From: Halieaceae bacterium
GTDB lineage: Bacteria > Pseudomonadota > Gammaproteobacteria > Pseudomonadales > Halieaceae
Assembly: GCA_963921335.3 (NCBI GenBank)
Contig: CAWUFC020000002.1
Span: 882,120-946,119, forward strand
Reading direction: 5' to 3'
Length of the DNA stretch: 64,000 nucleotides
Shown one piece after another: positions 27,401 to 35,757 of this stretch (position 1 is the first letter of the stretch; every line of letters starts with the position of its first letter). The position numbers were made by a program, and so were the translations under genes. The notes beneath the pieces are model-generated. The model was not told where the DNA came from. It saw nothing but the letters and a program-made list of their open reading frames with translations, and did not search any database.

Positions 27401-29341
27401 ATCGCCAATAAGCTCATCAGCAAAAGCACTGCCCCAAACACCTTCGATGCTTGTCAACATATCGAGATCTCCGCCGGCGTTGATTTGTTGCGCACCAGTG
27501 ATCTGCAGGTTTACATTGACGCCAGAAGACTCAGACAGATAACTAACGGTATCCAGTCCGTCACCACCATTGAAGGTGTCGCTACCCGCCTGACCGTCAA
27601 AAACATCATCTCCTGCACCCCCATTAAGAATGTTGGAACCGGACGTACCCCACAACCGATCGTCATGATTGGAACCCTGAATGTTCTCGAACCCGATGAG
27701 CGTGTCGACACCCGCCAGGCCAGCGTTCTGCGGACCGTCGACATACAATCGCGCACTGATGCCCTGGGGCACATCCGAATAATCTACTGTATCGACCCCC
27801 CCACCGCCGTCTAAAACATCATTACCTGGGCCACCACGAACAGTATCATCGCCACTGCCAGCACTTATGGTGTCATTGCCTGAGGAGCCCGACAGGTAGT
27901 TAGATGCAGAACTGCCTACAATTGAATCGGCGGACTTAGATCCAACCGCATTTTCGATACTCCCCAGACTGTCAGAGATATCATCAAAGTCATCCGCTGT
28001 CGGAGAACGGACAGCAGTACCACCACCGAGGTCGATCTCTACCGGTATGCTGTCTTGACTGTAGTCGACCGTATCAGAGCCATCGCCCCCCCGGATATTG
28101 CCCTGGCCAAAGCCCGACGGCTGAAACACATCATCGCCATGCTCACCGAAAAAGTCACCAAACCCTTCGATAATAAATCGATCGTCGTGATTACCACCAT
28201 GAGCGACATCAAACGCACCTCGCGACACCAGCAGGTCATTGCCATCCTCACCTGCCAGAAGGCCCCTGCCAAGGCTGACAATAACGTCATCTCCACTGCC
28301 GCCCCAAAGATCTGCATCCTTCCCGAGCAAATAGTCGTTGCCGGCACCACCATCCATCCAGTCTTCACCACTACCACTGTTGAGCGAATCGTTGCCATCA
28401 CCTCCGTAAACGGTATCGTTTCCGCTACCAGCCATTATGGTATCGTCGCCAGCTCTGCCGTCCAGATAGTCACCCTGGCCACGCCCATCAAGAAAGTTGT
28501 TCGCGGCGCTGCCAACCAGCCGATCGCCATTGAAGCTAAATCTATCCGTGGCATCACTACCAATGATATTTTCGACATCTATTAATACGTCGAAACCAGC
28601 ACCTTCTCTTGTTCTTCCTGTTGACTGACTGAGATCCACGCGGACAGCCAGCGTGGTGGCAGAGTAATCCACCGTATCGCTACCGGCTCCTCCTTCGATA
28701 GTGTCATTGGCCCGGTAACTCGTGTCACCGGGGTAGAAAACATCATCACCAGCTTCGCCAATCAGGCGGTCGGCGCCGCGCCCGCCATAGACGGTATCAT
28801 CCCCCGCGCGCGCAGCCACGATGTCATTTCCGTAGCTAGCGATAATGACGTTATTGCCATCATCCCCCCATAAGCGGTCATTGAAGTCGGAACCATGAAG
28901 GTTTTCGATACCAACAAAAGTATCCACGCCAGCACTACGAGTATCCTGTGCGCCTGTGATCTCAAGGCTGGCATAAACGCCGCCACTGGCGTTTTGATAC
29001 GTTACAAAGTCGGCGCCAGAACCGCCATCCAGACGGTCATTACCTGCACCACCATCGAGAGTGTCGTGGCTGTCACCGCCGCTAAGAGTGTCATTGCCTT
29101 CTTGACCGAACAAGCGATCTCGTCCGTCATCGCCGTTCAGCTCATCATTACCTAAGCCACCATAAAGAATGTCATTACCACCTCGAGCGGCAATACGATC
29201 ATCACCCTCACTGCCTTCGATAAGATTGGTGTTGTCATCACCCCAAAGTCGATCGTTATGATTTGATCCCAGCAGGTTTTCAATGGAGTCGTAACGATCA
29301 AGGCCAGCACCGTTCGTCTCGGTATTCACTGTCCAGGACAA
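24476..29341 (-). CDS. giant RTX protein 2, C-terminal segment (RTX blocks, 3 cadherin-like repeats, CBM/DUF642-like modules, T1SS C-terminal target domain)
   Basis: 1621-aa ORF with dozens of GGxGxDxL nonapeptides. The cadherin-like units have the form ..NxAPE...SASD.DGD.I.YS..G.D..LFS.D..TG.L.F...PDFE.P.D.DGDN.Y... A [22 protein letters not shown] segment looks DUF642-like. The C-terminal [10 protein letters not shown]...[18 protein letters not shown] resembles the VC_A0849-type T1SS target domain. Confidence 0.8.
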   Translation of the reverse strand: [1621 protein letters not shown]

Positions 29342-29457
29342 ATCAGCCCAGACGCCTACTTCAGAGGACTGATAGCTGGCGGTATCGGTACCGCTGCCAC
29401 CCTCTAGTGCATCGTCTCCAAGACCGCCATCGAGAGTATCGTCTCCAGAGTCACCAA

Positions 29458-31191
29458 TCAGGCGATCGTTTCCACCCCCCCTTCTATAAGGTCGTCACCG
29501 CCACGCGCGGCAACAATGTCATTACCATTGGCAGCCTGGATATGGTTGACCTCTTCATTGCCCCAGAGTCGGTCGCTATGATTGGAACCCGTAAGATTCT
29601 CTACGCTGAAGAAAATCGAATCGACGCCAGCGCCACCCGTATCCTGCGGGACGGGCTGATCACGGCGGGTAAATCGCTCTTCAAGGCTAACGCTGACACC
29701 CGCACTCTCGCGTAAGTAGCTGACGGTATCAATGCCAGCGCCACCACTAATGGTGTCATTGCCTGCGCCCCCATCCAGCGTATCGTTACCATCGCCACCG
29801 GACACAAAGTCCTGACCATCTTCCCCATAGACGGTATCGTCGCCAGCCTCTCCTAAAAGTTGATCATCTCCATCCCGGCCAGCCAGAATATCGTTGCCAC
29901 CCGCGCCCTTAAGCAGGTTACTGTCGTCCGTGCCCCATAGACGATCGTCGAAATTGGATCCGGTAAGGCGCTCGAAACCACTTAACAGGTCATTGCCACC
30001 GCCGCGAGTGTTTTGTTGCCCGGTTTTCGCAAGGTCCACCCAAACCAGGCCACTGGCATCCAGGTAAGAGACCGTATCAATCCCACTACCGCCGATCAGC
30101 CGATCCGAGCCGTCACCACCGTCAACCAGGTCATTGCCCCCGCGGGCATCAACTATATCGCTCCCTGCGCCAGCTCGTATATGGTTGCTGCCGTCATTAC
30201 CCCAAAGCCGATCGTTATAGGCAGAACCGATCGTACCCTCTATAGAAATCAGCCTGTCGTAACCGACGCTTTGGGTGTTCTGCCACCGGCTTGTGGAGAG
30301 GGTGACGTAGACGCCGCCCGGTGCGGATTCATAGCTGGCAATATCAAAGCCAGCGCCGCCAACCAGTACATCATGGCCACCACGCCCCTCAAGGATGTCA
30401 TTGCCGGCACGGCCATCGAGTGTGTTATTAGAAGCGTTTCCCTTGAGCTCGTCGTTACTGAGGTTGCTGGCGATCACACCCTCGATATTTCGCAGAGTAT
30501 CGGTACCACTGCTTATCCCAGTGACTTGTGGCCCCGAAATTGCGAGGTCCACGGTTATTGGTGCCGAAAAAGCCGGTCCATAGAGGTTTTTCAGGTAGAC
30601 GAAATCATAGCCAGAACCACCATCGATGAGGTCATTACCTTCGCCACCATCAAGGATGTCCCTGCCAGGCCCGCCATAGAGCCGATCGTCAGCCCAGTCA
30701 CCAATTAAAAGGTCATTGCCGGCATTGCCGTTGATGACCACACTGGAGATGTAAAAATCTTGTTGACTGATCAGTCGATCATTGCCACTACCGCCATTGA
30801 GGTAAATCGTTTCATCGGAAATATCGGTGCCTGCGATGGCTCCCACACCAAGGGTCACATCCTGGTTACCACCGTTAATGGTGATGTCTTCGATTCCATC
30901 AAGCGTCAGTACAAAGTCGCTCCCAGTGATCGTAACAATACCGTCTTGGGAAGAAATATTGGCTTCAGTCTCGTCATCCTCGAGCTGGACGAACACATGA
31001 TCGAAGCCCTCACCACCATCGATGGTGTCATTTCCATCCCCTGGTTGCCAGATGATCAGGTCATCACCACTGCCGCCGGTAATATCGTCATCACCACCTT
31101 CCGCTGTGATGCTGAGTGCCTCATCAATCGCAGAAAAATCCAGCTTGTCGTCGCCCGCCGAACCAAGCTCCTCGCGCGCAGGCTTGACCAA
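29458..31191 (-). CDS. giant RTX protein 2, middle segment (RTX repeats)
   Basis: 577-aa ORF made almost entirely of hemolysin-type Ca-binding repeats ([32 protein letters not shown]..). It is in frame with the upstream ORF across a TAG. It runs out of frame at the poly-G tract 29475-29481. Confidence 0.8.
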   Translation of the reverse strand: [577 protein letters not shown]

Positions 31192-31200
31192 AATAGCGAC

Positions 31201-33057
31201 CTACCCCTCTGCAGAAGCTCCGTTTGAATCAGTAAGGGTATATTCCACCAGCTCGACACCAGGCTCGCCACCGGCAACAAATTCTATGCTTGAGCCACTC
31301 GCATCAACGGACAATGAACCGAGCGCAGAAGCGCCAACGTCAGTGATACTGACAGCATCGCCATCCACATCGCTATCATTCGCCAGAACATCCAAGGTAA
31401 GTGTGGCGGACGCTGGTACCAGATACTGATCGGCCTGAGCGTCAGGCGCATCATTTTGACCTGCTACCTCAATCGTAACGGGTTGATTCGTGACTGCACC
31501 CTGATCATCGATGACCTGCACAATGACTTCATCGAAGGCCACCCCACCAGCAGGAATGGCGAGAATAGCCTCAGAGTCTATATTCAGCTCGTAATTCCAT
31601 GCGCCATCAGCATCTACGGTCAATTCACCATATAAACCGACACCGCCGTCAGCAACGCCCCAACTGGCCACACTGGCCCCCGCGTCAACATCACTGGCTA
31701 CAAGCTGACCACTTGCAAGTGCTACGTCCAGAATGGAAACTGCGCCACCAATATCACCAGATACGGTCGGCGCATCATTACTGCCGGTTATGGTGATCAG
31801 TACTTCGGCCTGACTGGTATCACCATCAGCATCTTCCAACTGGTAGACAAAACGGTCTTCTGCCGTCTGGCCTTGGGCGAGAGACTGGTAATAATCACCG
31901 GCAGAGTATTCAAAGTTGCCACTTGTAAGCAGTGTCAATTGACCATTGGGCGCAGTCACCAGCGTTACATTACTGAGTAGATCTGGAATCGAGTCGTCGC
32001 CGTTCCCGTTGTCAGCCAACAAATTACCCAAATAGCGCTGATCTTCATCGAGAGCCAGCTCATCATCGGCCGCGACTACCGGCTCATCAACGGGGTCAAT
32101 GCTCTCGCTATCCACAAGCACCGCCAGCTGTTCAAACCCGGCAGCACGTAAATCGAACGCATTGAACTCGAATACTTCTTGACCCGCCTCGCCTCCACCT
32201 GCAGTCTGCGCGTCGAGAAACTGTAAATAGTCTGCCACGTCGGACTGTAAAACCGGGTCGAGCCACTCATCGAGCGTGAGATAAAGTTCCAGTGTGTCTA
32301 CGCCAGCCTCGCCAGCGTAGATATCAGCAGCTCCCACATTGATAGCGGGCTGATATCGCGCTAAATCGTCGCCAGCGCCCGCATACAATTCGTCGCTGCC
32401 AGCTCCACCAGAAAGATAATCATTGTCGCCTGCCCGGTCTTCCTTCTTTCCGCCGGAGCCCTTGCCGCTGCCGGAACCCTTGCCACTGCCAGAGCCTTTG
32501 CCACTGCCAGAGCCTTTGCCACTGCCAGAGCCTTTGCCACTACCGGAGCCCTTGGCTGGCTTATCGGGGAATTGGCCACCGTAGAGCACATCATCGCCAT
32601 CTCCACCGATTAGTTCATCATCACCTAAACCACCAACAACCAGATCGTTACCAGCTCCACCATCTAGATAGTCATCGCCGCTATTCGAGGCTTTTGCGCC
32701 AGAGCCACTGCCCTGCTTAAGCCAGTTCTCCCAGCCAGATTTTTTACCGCTGCCGCCATGTTTACGCCATGCCTTACCGGACCCGGAACCTGTGAGCGCG
32801 CCATCGCCAAACAGAGTGTCTTCACCCATACCGCCATACAGGGTGTCAGAACCACTCTCTCCCACCAACAGATCATTACCATCCTCGCCATAGAGGCGGT
32901 CGAAGCCTTTGTTACCGGCCAGTAAATCTGCGCTGGGGCCACCACTTATATGGTCATCGCCTTTGCGACCATCAATAAAATCCAGACCATTTCCACCCAG
33001 CAGCGTGTCATCACCGTTGGTGGGCTTATTGTTCTTGTTAGCTTTATTCTTGGACAT
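31201..33057 (-). CDS. giant RTX protein 2, N-terminal segment (RTX repeats, (GSGSGK)n, VCBS/cadherin-like modules)
   Basis: I place the start at [11 protein letters not shown] (ATG 33057), with GGGAG 5 nt upstream. The segment contains RTX nonapeptides, a GSGSGK x5 tract, and [12 protein letters not shown] / [10 protein letters not shown] module ends. It stops at an in-frame TAG. Confidence 0.8.
   Translation of the reverse strand: [618 protein letters not shown]
32464..32553 (-). repeat. 18-nt in-frame tandem repeat x5 (three identical copies) encoding (GSGSGK)n
   Basis: The plus-strand unit gccactgccagagccttt is repeated perfectly at 32482-32499, 32500-32517 and 32518-32535. One variant unit flanks each side. 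Confidence 0.9.
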
Positions 33058-33149
33058 GGAAGCTCCCCCCGAAGGCCAAATCACCTGGTTAAATAATAGT
33101 CAGCACTATATGTTTTGGCCAGCAGATGACACGCGTAAGCGCCAATCCA

Positions 33150-33180
33150 TGACCCGCCTGCGGGGGAAACAGGCGGGTCA
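33150..33180. terminator. 11-bp perfect GC-rich stem-loop between the MDR dehydrogenase gene and the RTX gene (possible terminator or insulator hairpin)
   Basis: tGACCCGCCTG-cgggggaaa-CAGGCGGGTCa. There is no proper U-tract in the minus-strand orientation, so the terminator call is tentative. Confidence 0.4.
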
Positions 33181-33205
33181 GGTAAAAATGAGGGGGCTGT
33201 AAAAC

Positions 33206-34315
33206 TCAGGTCTGCGGCATAACCAGGTACTTTTCACCGGTTTTCATTTGACGATAATCCAAAACCGCATCGCGAGTGAGCATCTCATCCAGCGACACCC
33301 TGGCCTTATAGGAGCTGGCAAAAGTGGAGGTGAGCCCCTCCAGCACGCGCTGGCGCATGCGAACAATAACCTCAAAGCCAGCTTGCTGCAGGAACGGAGT
33401 CAGCAACCAGCCTGACAGTGTCCAGCCAAAGCCGTAAGCAGGTGTCAGGATCGTGGGCCCGAGATCGAGGCGGCCGTAGATATACATCTTCTTGGCCTGC
33501 TCAGACCCATAACGGGAGTATTCACCCATCTTGCCCGCCGCAACCTGCTCCATGGCTTTGAAGCATGCATCGACCATATCGCCACCACCAATTGGGTCAA
33601 AGCCACAATAGGCGCCGGTCTCATCGATAGCAGCGCGCAACTGGGCCATAAAATCATCATCTGAAGAGTTTACTATGTGGGTCGCACCCAGGCCTTTCAG
33701 CAGATCCACGTGTTCTGCCTTGCGCACAATGTTCACAAGAGGCAGCTTGTCTTCCTGACAGATCTTGACCAGCATCTGGCCGAGATTTGAGGCCGCCGCC
33801 GTATGGATAATGGCACTCTGCCCTTCCATGCGCGCGGTCTCGACAAAGCCGAGCGCGGTCATCGGGTTAACAAACGAAGAAGCACCATCCTCAGAAGAGA
33901 CGTCACCCAGACGAAGACTCATCCCCGCATCAGCGATGCAGTACTGCGAATAGGCATGCCCGGGCACGCAAGCTACCCGCTGACCCACGAGAGCTTGCGC
34001 CTGCTCCTGTTCCCCTGCGGCAATGACAAGACCGGCCCCTTCATTACCCACAGGCAAGCGCTGTCCATGGCGGGCCTTCTGAGCGCTGTAAAAAGGCTCA
34101 GGCATATCGGCGACGAACTTGCCGGGGGAATAATCAGCATTCTCCAGACCCGCTGCGCCCGTCAGAATCGCAAGATCTGAGGGGTTGATGGGAGCGGCCT
34201 CCATTTGGACAAGAATCTGATTGCCCATCGGGGCCGGAAACTCCGTTTCGACAACCTCTACGGTCAACTTACCGTCGGACAAAGTACTGAATAACTGTTT
34301 ACCTGTGGTGCTCAT
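33206..34315 (-). CDS. zinc-type alcohol dehydrogenase/quinone oxidoreductase-like (MDR superfamily) protein
   Basis: QMEAAPINPSDL, GNEGAGLVIAAGE and a Rossmann region fit the MDR fold pattern. The ATG at 34315 has GGAGG 5 nt upstream. Confidence 0.75.
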   Translation of the reverse strand: MSTTGKQLFSTLSDGKLTVEVVETEFPAPMGNQILVQMEAAPINPSDLAILTGAAGLENADYSPGKFVADMPEPFYSAQKARHGQRLPVGNEGAGLVIAAGEQEQAQALVGQRVACVPGHAYSQYCIADAGMSLRLGDVSSEDGASSFVNPMTALGFVETARMEGQSAIIHTAAASNLGQMLVKICQEDKLPLVNIVRKAEHVDLLKGLGATHIVNSSDDDFMAQLRAAIDETGAYCGFDPIGGGDMVDACFKAMEQVAAGKMGEYSRYGSEQAKKMYIYGRLDLGPTILTPAYGFGWTLSGWLLTPFLQQAGFEVIVRMRQRVLEGLTSTFASSYKARVSLDEMLTRDAVLDYRQMKTGEKYLVMPQT

Positions 34316-34418
34316 GCCTACCTCCATCAAAGATCGGGGCACAGTGTACTGATAATTGAATACGCGGGGGAACGAAAACCGATTAAATTCAAAAGTACCA
34401 CGGTGGTTGCCCGACTAC

Positions 34419-35006
34419 CTACCGGTTTGCGGCGAGAGCCTGCTGCAGCGCCTGCAGTTTCTTCATATCCTCGGGGCTTAGGGGCGGGTTGTTCTTGCAG
34501 CGTGGGTCGGTGTTCTGCAGCAAAACCAAAATATCACGCGTCAGGGGAATGGGATCACAACCGTGCCCAGTCTCGCAGATCATATCCCGACCCGGGTTGG
34601 CTTTGGCGTGACAGGCCAGGCAGTTGCCTCCAAAACGATTTACGACGTCTGCGTAGCCGCGTTTGCGAATCGAAGTACCGGCAGACGATGTATCGAGCTC
34701 AAAAAACTCCCAGTCCGCGGTAGCAGGGCTGGTGCCTGCAGGGTGCTTGATCATCGCCTCTCCGGGCACCAGTTGCACCACAGATCCCGCGGGATAGGTT
34801 CCGCCATCGGGATTATTGGCAACCATCAGCGTCCCCGCCAGATCGCCGGCGATGTTGTCGACATAAAACCCTCTTACCGGGGTCATACCCCGAATGCATT
34901 CGAAGGTGGCATCAGAAACCGGCAGCGGACGGGCCTGCTCTGCGGTGGCGCTGGCAACGCCCAGCATCAAACAACAGATCACTGATAAACGGGTAATCGC
35001 GTTCAT
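34419..35006 (-). CDS. secreted mono-heme c protein, cytochrome P460-like
   Basis: The signal peptide is MNAITRLSVICCLMLGVASATA. There is a single CLACH (CXXCH) motif near the C-terminus, preceded by DWEFFEL, as in P460-family proteins (recalled). Confidence 0.5.
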   Translation of the reverse strand: MNAITRLSVICCLMLGVASATAEQARPLPVSDATFECIRGMTPVRGFYVDNIAGDLAGTLMVANNPDGGTYPAGSVVQLVPGEAMIKHPAGTSPATADWEFFELDTSSAGTSIRKRGYADVVNRFGGNCLACHAKANPGRDMICETGHGCDPIPLTRDILVLLQNTDPRCKNNPPLSPEDMKKLQALQQALAANR

Positions 35007-35117
35007 GGGGACTCCTACATATCCTCGTTATTGTGAGGGAAGTATAGGAGAAATAAGGCGACATCTAGTTTGTTTAGCATCAAAGATCGCGTACAGCACC
35101 CGCATGCTTTGTGCCGC

Positions 35118-35161
35118 TTGACGTCGGTATAGTGTCGCTCTAAGCTACTAAACGAACGTTC
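35118..35161 (+). promoter_or_regulatory. sigma70-like promoter (TTGACG-17 nt-TAAGCT) plus palindromic operator candidate for the TetR-RND operon
   Basis: The -35 is at 35118-35123 and the -10 at 35141-35146. A perfect 8-bp palindrome GAACGTTC at 35154-35161 sits inside a 20-bp imperfect inverted repeat, 15 nt before the tetR ATG. Confidence 0.5.
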
Positions 35162-35175
35162 AGTAAGGTCGCATC

Positions 35176-35757
35176 ATGGAATCCACGCAGGACAAACTGC
35201 TGGGTATCGCAGCCCAATTATTTGCCGATCAAGGCTTTGCCGGGGTTTCCATGCGCCAGATTGGCCGCAGTGCCGACCTCACCCAGGCCGCTATCTATCA
35301 CCATTTCGAGAACAAGCAGGAGCTCTATATTGCCGCGGTGGAACACGTTTACGGCGACAATATGCGCGAGCTCGTATCCGACCTGGGTGACAATGCCCCA
35401 GCCGAGAAACAGGTGGCCCTTGTGGTGAACCGCTTAATGACGCTTCTGGATGAGCGACCCGCCCTGCATTCCATCTACTTCCGTGAATTACTCGATGGCG
35501 AGAGCGACGGCCTCGACCTCTTGTCTCAGCAGGCCTTTCCGGAAGTGGACGCGGCATTTACCAAACTGATGCAGAGACTGGCGCCACACATGGACAGCTA
35601 CCTGCTGATGCTGTCTCTCATAGGGCTCGTGTTTCATCATCTGCAGGCGCGCAAAGGTCATCCCCGTTCGCGCGACATATCGCCAGAACAACAAGACATC
35701 AACACATTGTCTCGCCACGTCACCACCCTTTTTCTCAACGGAGCCCTTCCCCAGTGA
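35176..35757 (+). CDS. TetR/AcrR family transcriptional regulator
   Basis: N-terminal HTH: LLGIAAQLFADQGFAGVSMRQIGRSADLTQAAIYHHFENKQELY. Confidence 0.9.
   Translation: MESTQDKLLGIAAQLFADQGFAGVSMRQIGRSADLTQAAIYHHFENKQELYIAAVEHVYGDNMRELVSDLGDNAPAEKQVALVVNRLMTLLDERPALHSIYFRELLDGESDGLDLLSQQAFPEVDAAFTKLMQRLAPHMDSYLLMLSLIGLVFHHLQARKGHPRSRDISPEQQDINTLSRHVTTLFLNGALPQ

Noticed and set aside
5944-31203. Programmed ribosomal frameshifting or recoding as the reason for the split adhesin genes.
   Set aside because: I saw no slippery heptamer with a downstream pseudoknot. The shifts go in both directions and coincide with plain G/C runs, and the same lesion type hits unrelated metabolic genes. Only the shared GAGGGGTAG context is kept as an open question.
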